A stretch of 10,801 bases of DNA from Candidatus Jordarchaeia archaeon (lineage in GTDB: Archaea > Asgardarchaeota > Jordiarchaeia > Jordiarchaeales > Jordiarchaeaceae). The notes beneath the pieces were generated by a model. The model did not search any database, was not told where the DNA came from, and worked only from the letters and a program-made list of their open reading frames with translations. The stretch is taken from the NCBI GenBank assembly GCA_029856435.1, contig JAHQXB010000111.1:1-10801 (forward strand), given 5' to 3'. Below, one piece after another: positions 1 through 6,766 of the stretch (position 1 is its first letter; each line of letters opens with the position of its first letter). The position numbers and the translations under genes were made by a program.

Positions 1-302
1 TATAGAGTTTCTCATTAATTTTTTCCTAAACCTCTCCTTAACTCGGGGTTATTTAAGGCTTCTTTTCCCAAAAGAGGCGGAAAAAAACCATATTTTCTGG
101 AAGCGAAAAGGAAAAATTAACTGGAATGTCTATAGTCTTTTCTTCATTTCTTTTTTATGAGGGGGCAGGGCTCAGCAGTATTTTTTTAAATAATAGGTAA
201 TGGGAAGTTTAAACTACTGAGGGTATCTAATCAAAGGAATTATGCTCTCTTTTCTAAAAGTCAAGAGGTTTTTCTCGGTTTGGTTTCGTTTTCTCTACTG
301 AT

Positions 303-654
303 TATGGTGAGCTCTCTTACTCTTATTCCTCCTTCCTCAATTACAATGACTGCTTCTTTTTTTAACAGTTCTATTTGGGGTTATGAGAGTAATGGCATTT
401 GATTAACATTTTCGGGTGAGGGTTTTTTCAGACGTAAAATTATGGTTGAGGGTTTTTGATTTTGTGTATCTAGTGTGTCTCCAAAGTCGAGGTTCATGGT
501 TATTAAAATCATATTATTTTCAATGGCGTGTTCTAGTATTTCTTGGTCTTTAGATTTAGCCACTGCAAGATCGCTTACCCTCACCTCTTCGTAATCATTT
601 TTCTTCAGGAATTCAAAAGTTTTGGGAGAAAGGTATGTCCATTAGAAACTTTAT
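303..654 (-). pseudogene. DUF5615 family PIN-like toxin (VapC45-like), disrupted
   Basis: Read by hand on the minus strand: (ATA)KFLMDIPFS, then a frameshift near 625, then KTFEFLKKNDYEEVRVSDLAVAKSKDQEILEHAIENNMILITMNLDFG...KPSTIILRL..PSPENVN, an in-frame TAA at 381-383, then PQIELLKKEAVIVIEEGGIRVRELTI. This matches the family pattern MKFLxD...D.eIl..A......iT.D.DFg...ivvieegriRvR.lpi. The start is ATA rather than ATG, and the T.D.DF motif reads TMNLDF. Family call is from recall, not a search. Confidence 0.75.
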
Positions 655-660
655 GTTTTT

Positions 661-876
661 CACAGGAATTATTGTCTCGGTGGTAGCCTAGGCAGCGAAT
701 TCCAAAGCCTGTTTTTTATCCTCTTCTTCGAGTTCTGGGTAATCTTCAATTATTTCTTTGAGGGCTTTTCCAGAGGCAACCGGGCGGACGATGAGAGACT
801 CCGGTATCCTTAACCTTCTAATACAAGGTTGCCCGCCCATTACATTCGGATCAATTGTAATCCTGTTAAATTCTAA
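661..876 (-). pseudogene. DUF433 family antitoxin (VapB45-like), probably disrupted
   Basis: RITIDPNVMGGQPCIRRLRIP...EIIEDYPELEEED..QALEFAA is the DUF433 signature. The SD AGGTGA (+ strand 881-886) is followed by TTA (874-876) where a start codon is expected. A TAG at 688-690 interrupts the frame, which continues as ATTETIIPV, resembling the usual family C-terminus. Confidence 0.78.
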
Positions 877-932
877 TTTTTCACCTTTGAATATTGGATG
901 CCACTTCAAACAATGTGTTTATAACAGCAACC

Positions 933-947
933 AACTTAAATTTTCTC
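933..947 (-). promoter_or_regulatory. Possible BRE-TATA promoter of the DUF433/DUF5615 pair
   Basis: The minus strand reads GAGAAAA-TTTAAGTT about 47 nt upstream of the DUF433 SD. It lies in an AT-rich region, so a chance match is possible. Confidence 0.3.
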
Positions 948-1108
948 ACTAATACAAATAGCGCTTATCACATTGTTGTGCTCGGGCTATTTCAAGATGT
1001 TAAAAGGTTTATTTTTTTTAATTTGAATTTTTTATTTAGCAAGTCATTAGCAGTTAACAAAAAAATAAGCCTTATAAAAACTAAATAAAATGATTTAAAC
1101 GCGTAATA

Positions 1109-1123
1109 CTTCTCACTGAGAAG
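1109..1123. repeat. Perfect 7-1-7 inverted repeat CTTCTCA-C-TGAGAAG (possible operator)
   Basis: Seen directly in the sequence, 8 nt downstream of a TATA-like TTTAAAC (1094-1100). The function is only inferred. Confidence 0.4.
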
Positions 1124-1275
1124 CCGTTTTGTAGGAGCTTTTGATGCAATCCACATTGGTCATTCCAATTTTCAATTTCTTTGGCCGAAGAGATGCTCTT
1201 CCAAGGTCTGCACTCCACAATGGAGACGGTAAAAAATGGTTTAGATTTTTTGGAGGATTCATCAATGTTTCTTGG

Positions 1276-1294
1276 CCCCTTGCCAAAAAAGGGG
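1276..1294 (-). terminator. Possible terminator of the MFS gene (6-bp stem CCCCTT/AAGGGG with a U6 run on the minus strand)
   Basis: Lies about 35 nt past the MFS stop. The minus strand reads CCCCTTTTTTGGCAAGGGG. Archaeal intrinsic termination uses oligo-U tracts. Confidence 0.3.
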
Positions 1295-1329
1295 GGAAGG
1301 AGATTAACCAGTGTTCACAGCAGGGTTCA

Positions 1330-2904
1330 CTATTTCTTGGCTAATTCTTTTCGTCGCTCCACTAGTAGGTCAATTATCTTTTGTCTATCCTTGGGATAGT
1401 ACTTGTAGGCAAAGAACCAGAATAGGAAACATAGAGTCCAGGGAATTGTGACAAACAGCATCATGGAGTAGGATAGGGCTTGTCCCGCAAAAGTCATCCA
1501 AATCACTAGCCACACCACTGGGGTTCCTGCAATCAGCCAGAAGCCTATGTAGGGGCTAACCCAGCCCATTACGAATCCAGCTGTTCCACCATTTATTATG
1601 TTGTCAGCGAAGAAGCCCACAAGAACCGCGGCGAGGGCCCCGAATCCCTGCTCGAAAATCTGTTCCAGAGACCAGGCAGTACTCCTAACCTCAGGCTTGT
1701 TAACAGAAGCAACAATGGGGTTAACAGCGCCGCTACCCGCCCAACTAATCAGAACCGCAGTAACAAGTGCAAAAATCATGAAAGCAAGAAAGTCCTGCAC
1801 CAAGAACAGAAGAATCCAAGACATAGGCACACCAACAATAACTGAAATTTGCGCAACAATTATCCTACCCTTATTAGGAAATCTTGACTCAGCCTTGTCA
1901 CCCAGAAAACCGCCTAGAACGTTACCAGCAGCTGAACCCAGCACAATCATTGCAAAAACCATGGTAGCCTGCTCTGGAGCAAGGTAACGTACACTCTCCA
2001 ACCAGTAAATAAGCCAAACCTGATACACCACCCATGGAAAATACCCTGTCAATCCCTGCGCAATGATAACCCACATAGTTGGTATTCTGAGCACCTCAGC
2101 TGCTGCTTTTCGGTCTATTTTGTATTTTTCCACGTTTTCCTTGGTGATTACGTCCATTAGCTCCTTCTCCGACGCTCCCCGCACTGGCTCCTTCAAGAGC
2201 AATGCCACCATTGCTGCTATTATGAGGCACACTATACCCAATAGTCGAAAGCCGTTTCTCCATGCACCCAGATATACTGTCTGTTTCAGTACGTAGTCCC
2301 ATAATAGTAGGGATTTGAGCCAGTCCAAAAATCCAGGCACATACTGCAGTATGAGTAGTTGGGTTAGGTTGGATTCTATTCCGAATGTTAGGCTGGGAGC
2401 GTCAAGCATTCCCAGAACCGGCACCGTAATTACAATTCCCAGCATACCCATGAGTGCGAATATGCCGAACATTCTGCCTCGAACTTCTGGTTTGTATATG
2501 TCTACTATTATGGAGAAGCTCGTAGGAAAGATGGCTGCCAGTCCTATTCCCACAATGATTCTGAAGTATAGTAGCTCTTCAAAGCTTCCCGAGAAGGATA
2601 TGAGTAAAGTAGCAATGGACCATATTAGTATACCTGCCACCAGTGTTTTTTTGCGTGAGAACCTGTCTGATAGATATCCCCAAATGGGTAGGGCGGCTGT
2701 TTGAACCAGTGCACTTACTGTGTTCACGAAACCCAGCGAGGTCCGTGCTACTGCGAACTCCCTCCCTATGGAGTTCAGGTAGGTGGGTAGCGCTTGAGTG
2801 TCGGCGTTGTTTGTGAAGTATGCTGCACCAATGGATGCCATGTTCCTTTTTCTATAGGGTATTTTGTCCTCCCCTTTCGTTTTTGTCGACTCCTTTTTCG
2901 ACAT
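1330..2904 (-). CDS. Major facilitator superfamily (MFS) transporter, substrate unknown
   Basis: 524 aa with about 12 hydrophobic segments. MFS motif A appears as GYLSDRFSRKK and is echoed by GFLGDKAESR in the second half. TM4 reads FRIIVGIG, and KPEVRG/KPEVRS are repeated in the two halves. Confidence 0.9.
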   Translation of the reverse strand: MSKKESTKTKGEDKIPYRKRNMASIGAAYFTNNADTQALPTYLNSIGREFAVARTSLGFVNTVSALVQTAALPIWGYLSDRFSRKKTLVAGILIWSIATLLISFSGSFEELLYFRIIVGIGLAAIFPTSFSIIVDIYKPEVRGRMFGIFALMGMLGIVITVPVLGMLDAPSLTFGIESNLTQLLILQYVPGFLDWLKSLLLWDYVLKQTVYLGAWRNGFRLLGIVCLIIAAMVALLLKEPVRGASEKELMDVITKENVEKYKIDRKAAAEVLRIPTMWVIIAQGLTGYFPWVVYQVWLIYWLESVRYLAPEQATMVFAMIVLGSAAGNVLGGFLGDKAESRFPNKGRIIVAQISVIVGVPMSWILLFLVQDFLAFMIFALVTAVLISWAGSGAVNPIVASVNKPEVRSTAWSLEQIFEQGFGALAAVLVGFFADNIINGGTAGFVMGWVSPYIGFWLIAGTPVVWLVIWMTFAGQALSYSMMLFVTIPWTLCFLFWFFAYKYYPKDRQKIIDLLVERRKELAKK

Positions 2905-3510
2905 ATACCATCTCTTCTCTTTTTCTTTCCAATTTTTTTGAGTAACATATTATTTGTTTATATGGGGGTAAAAAGGTTTCTGGAACAGTTTTTTGGGGGA
3001 GCTTTTTTGGCTTGGGTGCTGACGGTTCTTTTGCCCGGATTTCTAAAATCATAATTTTCTTTCCCCCTTTTCTCAGAGGAGCCTTATTATCCCTATGTTT
3101 AAGCAACACTTCAGTATACTAGTTTTTTGCAGTGCTACTCTACATTAGTTTTGCCTCAGAATTCCCGCAGGCCCCTATTTTTATACAGGAAGGTGTTAAA
3201 AAAATGGTGGGAATTTCTCAGCCACAAAAACAGATTAGGTGATGCAGATTTATTCGGCTCCATCTCCCTAATAAGGCTCCAAATCGTGAAAGAAGCCCTA
3301 TAAACACCCCTTTTTTGAGGCGAAACCGAACAATTCTACATCACCGAAAAAGAAGACAAAAACGCTTTTTTTGGAAGGAAGACTTCTTTAACTGTTTATG
3401 CCAAGAACAGATGAAAAAAACTTTTTAAAATTATTATGGGGGCTTTATTTTTTCTGGGATATTCTGAAAAAAATGTTTGTTTTGTTGACTTAAGGGTGTG
3501 TTTCGAGTGT

Positions 3511-3577
3511 GGGGGGTGTGGAATGAGGTGATTTTTTGTGGGTTTGGGGTGGGGTTGTGTGGGTTTTGTGTGGGTTT
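3511..3577 (+). repeat. G/T-rich low-complexity patch with an 11-bp tandem repeat (TGTGTGGGTTT x2, 3556-3577) and a canonical G-quadruplex pattern (3540-3563)
   Basis: 73 of the 80 nt in 3501-3580 are G or T. G-runs at 3540-42, 3546-49, 3551-54 and 3561-63 are separated by loops of 3, 1 and 6 nt. Confidence 0.7.
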
Positions 3578-3595
3578 TGCGGATCCAGCCTTTAA

Positions 3596-3611
3596 TGTAC
3601 ATTTTTGTACA
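3596..3611. promoter_or_regulatory. Tandem TRP boxes TGTACA-N4-TGTACA (TrpY-type operator)
   Basis: TGTACA occurs at 3596-3601 and 3606-3611, abutting the BRE. TGTACA is the TRP-box consensus bound by TrpY at the Methanothermobacter thermautotrophicus trp operon. I noticed no other exact TGTACA in the window (manual scan). Confidence 0.72.
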
Positions 3612-3626
3612 CGTAAGTTTTAAATA
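3612..3626 (+). promoter_or_regulatory. Archaeal promoter of the trp operon: BRE CGTAAGT plus TATA box TTTAAATA
   Basis: Matches the cRnaAnt-TTTAWATA consensus. The predicted transcription start is about 3648-3651, giving a 5' leader of about 40 nt that contains the SD GGAGG (3678-3682). Confidence 0.8.
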
Positions 3627-3691
3627 TGACTCAAGGGTATAATTCTCATCATAAGATTTCGTCAGCCAACTATTACCGGAGGATTAGCATA

Positions 3692-3748
3692 GTGAGGTAT
3701 AGCCTTTGGGTACAAACCACAAAACACCCGCCAAAAACCATCACCTAA
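3692..3748 (+). CDS. Putative Trp-containing leader ORF MRYSLWVQTTKHPPKTIT; alternatively the first segment of a +1 frameshifted trpE
   Basis: SD GGAGG at 3678-3682, a 9-nt spacer, GTG at 3692 and TAA at 3746-3748. The single Trp codon is codon 6 (TGG 3707-3709), directly after CTT (3704-3706). Confidence 0.5.
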   Translation: MRYSLWVQTTKHPPKTIT

Positions 3749-3800
3749 CCAGCTCAAACTGAAAAAGTTTCCAACAGACCTCTCACCAACAGAACTCTTT

Positions 3801-5108
3801 TTGAAAATCCACCAAAAATACCAATACGCATACCTCCTAGAATCCCTAGAGGGACCACGAAAGCTAGCCCAATTCTCATTTTTAGGATTCATGCCCCAAC
3901 AAATCATAACTTCAAAGAATGGACAAACAACACTACAAGACCTGGAATCCGGCGAGAAAACCAAGTTTAAAGCCAGCAACCCTCTCCAAGTGGTGGAAAA
4001 AGTTCTTGCAAGAAAAACCCCCGAGAACCACCTTGAAAAATCCCGGTTTGTGGGGGGAGCCGTTGGATATATTTCCTATGACGCCATACGCTACTGGGAA
4101 AAACTGCCCAGCCACACCATAGACGACTTGAAATATCCAGACCTCCAGATGGCAATATACAATGACGGCGTGGTTTTCGACCACATCCGCGGAGAAACCC
4201 TATACTATTACCGGGAACAAGACCGCTCCCAAGAATTAGCAGAGCTAACAGAACCAGAAAATTTTGGAAGTTTATCCTTCACAGATCCCAGAGTGAACAT
4301 TACAAAAGAAAAATATGAGGAAGCAGTTAAGGGAGCCAAAAAATACATTGTTTCCGGCGACATTTTTCAGGTGGTTCTATCCAAAAGATTTGATTTCACC
4401 TTTAGGGGAGACCTCACAAGATTCTACCTAGCTCTGCGCCAAATTAATCCCTCCCCCTACATGTATTTTTTAAAGATGGGGGATAGGCAAATTGTGGGTT
4501 CCAGTCCTGAGATGCTAGTGAGGGTTGAGCGAGGCAGCGTGGAAACCTTTCCCATCGCTGGCACAAGGCCCAGAGTGGAGGATCCAGCACAAAATAGGGT
4601 TTTGGCCAGGGATCTCTTGATGGATGAGAAGGAGTGTGCTGAACACGTGATGCTTGTGGATCTTGCTAGGAACGATTTGGGTAAGGTGTCCCGTTTTGGA
4701 AGTGTTCGTGTCCCAGAATTTATGCAGGTGCATGAGTATAGCCATGTCCAACACATTGTTTCCAGAGTGGTGGGAAAGCTTAGAGGGGACTGTAGTTGCT
4801 ACGACGCTCTAAGGGCGGTTTTTCCAGCTGGTACAGTTTCGGGAGCTCCAAAGGTGAGAGCCATGGAGATAATTGAAGAATTTGAGCCCACAAGGAGGGG
4901 CCCCTACGCGGGCGCTGTAGGCTACTTTTCCTACAATGGTAACATGGATTTCGCAATTACCATACGCACACTGGTTGCAGACCGAAATAAGTGCTTTATT
5001 CAGGTGGGGGCGGGAATAGTGGCGGACTCGGTGCCTGAGAAGGAATGGTTTGAAACCGAGCATAAAGCAAAGGCTTTACTTAAAGCATTAGAATTGTCAG
5101 AAAGGTGA
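3801..5108 (+). CDS. trpE: Anthranilate synthase component I; 3801 is only the first canonical in-frame start and the true N-terminus is probably further upstream
   Basis: Trp-feedback motifs LLES and NPSPYM are present, along with chorismate-binding motifs [37 protein letters not shown] and GAGIVADS. First gene of a full trp operon. The frame is open from 3696. Confidence 0.95.
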   Translation: MKIHQKYQYAYLLESLEGPRKLAQFSFLGFMPQQIITSKNGQTTLQDLESGEKTKFKASNPLQVVEKVLARKTPENHLEKSRFVGGAVGYISYDAIRYWEKLPSHTIDDLKYPDLQMAIYNDGVVFDHIRGETLYYYREQDRSQELAELTEPENFGSLSFTDPRVNITKEKYEEAVKGAKKYIVSGDIFQVVLSKRFDFTFRGDLTRFYLALRQINPSPYMYFLKMGDRQIVGSSPEMLVRVERGSVETFPIAGTRPRVEDPAQNRVLARDLLMDEKECAEHVMLVDLARNDLGKVSRFGSVRVPEFMQVHEYSHVQHIVSRVVGKLRGDCSCYDALRAVFPAGTVSGAPKVRAMEIIEEFEPTRRGPYAGAVGYFSYNGNMDFAITIRTLVADRNKCFIQVGAGIVADSVPEKEWFETEHKAKALLKALELSER

Positions 5109-5114
5109 TAAACT

Positions 5115-5696
5115 GTGAAGGTTCTCATCATTGATAATTATGACTCCTTTGTTTATAATCTGGTGCAGTATGTGGGTGAGCAGGGGGCGGAGCCCATTGT
5201 TTATCGAAACGATGAAATAACCATAAAGAAAGCTGCGAAGCTTCGCCCCGATAGGATAATCATTTCCCCCGGCCCCGGAACCCCTGAGGATGTGCGGTAC
5301 TTTGGTGTATGCTCTGAAATTCTAAGAAGGTTGAGTTGCAGAGTTTCTACTTTGGGAGTATGTTTAGGCCACCAGGGAATTATCTCCACTTTTGGGGGAA
5401 GGATTGCTGGTGCTAAGAGTTTGAAGCATGGCAAAACAAGCTTGATAAAACATGATGGCCGGGGCGTTTTTAGGGGAATGGAGAATCCCTTTGCAGCTAC
5501 ACGTTACCACTCCCTGGTGGGAGAAAGGAAAGCCCTCCCCTCCTGCTTGGAGATTACTGCTGAGTCCCTGGATGGTGGGGAGATTATGGCGGTGCGCCAT
5601 GTTGAGTATCCTATTGAGGGAGTTCAGTTTCATCCCGAATCAATTCTCACTAGGGGTGGAAAAAAGATGATAAAAAACTTTCTGGATGGCAGGTAG
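5115..5696 (+). CDS. trpG: Anthranilate synthase component II (class I glutamine amidotransferase)
   Basis: IDNYDSF, SPGPG, nucleophile motif GVCLGHQ, RYHSL and the His-Glu of QFHPES. GTG start 6 nt after SD AGGTGA (5103-5108). Confidence 0.96.
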   Translation: MKVLIIDNYDSFVYNLVQYVGEQGAEPIVYRNDEITIKKAAKLRPDRIIISPGPGTPEDVRYFGVCSEILRRLSCRVSTLGVCLGHQGIISTFGGRIAGAKSLKHGKTSLIKHDGRGVFRGMENPFAATRYHSLVGERKALPSCLEITAESLDGGEIMAVRHVEYPIEGVQFHPESILTRGGKKMIKNFLDGR

Positions 5697-5704
5697 GTGA
5701 AACC

Positions 5705-6766
5705 ATGATTAGAGAGGGAATCCAAAAACTGGTTGAAGGAAGAGACCTAGACAGCCATGAGGCAACAGCCATAATGAAGGAGATAATGCAGGGCAGCGCC
5801 ACCCCAGCTCAGGTTGGCTCGTTTTTGACCGCCCTCAGAATGAAGGGTGAAACAGTCCAAGAAATATCAGCATTCGCAGCAGTGATGAGAGAGTTCTGCC
5901 ACCGCATCCACCCAAAGGTTAATGGTCGACTAGTAGACACTTGCGGAACTGGTGGAGACAGGATAAAAACCTTTAATGTGAGCACTGCTGGAGCCTTTGT
6001 CATCGCCGGTGCGGGAATACCTGTAGCCAAGCACGGTAACCGCTCAGTCACCAGTAAAAGTGGCAGCAGCGATGTCCTAGAGAAACTGGGCTTCAACCTC
6101 AACGTGGAACCCAGAGTTGTGAAGGAAAGTATTGAAAAAATTGGGGTGGGCTTCATGTTCGCTCCAAACTTCCACCCTGCAATGAAACACGCCATAGGGC
6201 CAAGAAGGGAAATAGGGATACGCACAGTCTTCAACATACTAGGCCCATTAACCAACCCCGCGGGAGCCAACGCCCAAGTGCTAGGAGTATATAGTAGGGA
6301 ATGGGTGGAACCCCTGGCCCAAGTTTTGAGAGAGTTGGGATGTAAAGAAGCAATGGTGGTTCACGGTGTAGATGGACTGGATGAAATCTCCATCATAGGA
6401 AAAACTTTGGCGGCTCAGCTCAGAGATGGAGAAGTATCCCTAAAGGAGATATCGCCCAAAGAGTTTGGCTTCAAAACAGCCAAGCCCGAAGAAATAAGCG
6501 GAGCATCCCCCGAGGAGAACGCCCAACTCCTGGTAAGGCTGCTAAGCGGCAATCTTCAAAAACAGGATCCAAAAAGGAACATGGTACTACTCAACTCGGC
6601 GGCGGGAATAGTGGTTGGCGGAAAAGCTGAGAACCTAAAGGAAGGAATAGAACTGGCAAAGGAATCCTTGGAGAGTGGAGCTGCATATCAGAAATTGAAA
6701 AAGTTGATTGAGAAATCCGGCGGACAACTGTCCATACTTGAGGAGTATGAGCGGAAGTATGCCTGA
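5705..6766 (+). CDS. trpD: Anthranilate phosphoribosyltransferase
   Basis: DTCGTGGD, FNVST, KHGNRSVTSKSGSSD, FNILGPLTNP and GLDEIS motifs. SD AGGTGA at 5695-5700. Confidence 0.97.
   Translation: MIREGIQKLVEGRDLDSHEATAIMKEIMQGSATPAQVGSFLTALRMKGETVQEISAFAAVMREFCHRIHPKVNGRLVDTCGTGGDRIKTFNVSTAGAFVIAGAGIPVAKHGNRSVTSKSGSSDVLEKLGFNLNVEPRVVKESIEKIGVGFMFAPNFHPAMKHAIGPRREIGIRTVFNILGPLTNPAGANAQVLGVYSREWVEPLAQVLRELGCKEAMVVHGVDGLDEISIIGKTLAAQLRDGEVSLKEISPKEFGFKTAKPEEISGASPEENAQLLVRLLSGNLQKQDPKRNMVLLNSAAGIVVGGKAENLKEGIELAKESLESGAAYQKLKKLIEKSGGQLSILEEYERKYA

Noticed and set aside
1-57. Possible minus-strand gene start (ATG at 15-13, MRNSI...) with an AGGA-type SD and a TTAAATA box at 50-56
   Set aside because: Only five codons lie inside the window, so it cannot be supported as a feature.
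688-909. ORF-track call of an intact 73-aa protein starting MKWHP
   Set aside because: The SD AGGTGA lies inside this ORF and family similarity starts after it, so the upstream ATG is probably not the native start. It cannot be fully excluded as a rescue start.
1598-2704. Several + strand ORFs of up to 129 aa antisense to the MFS gene, and the minus-strand ORFs inside the trp genes
   Set aside because: They are shadow ORFs of well-supported genes with no recognisable motifs.
3396-3602. 68-aa minus ORF MYIKGW... divergent from the trp promoter, considered as a trpY-like gene with an early Trp
   Set aside because: It is a low-complexity K/P/H/T translation of the GT-rich patch, with no HTH or ACT features. 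Its ATG lies inside a TRP box, too close to the TATA to be transcribed from it.
3650-3800. Classical bacterial trpL attenuator (terminator/antiterminator hairpins) or T-box
   Set aside because: The region is too G-poor to form the stems. There is no GC hairpin followed by a U-tract and no T-box motif.
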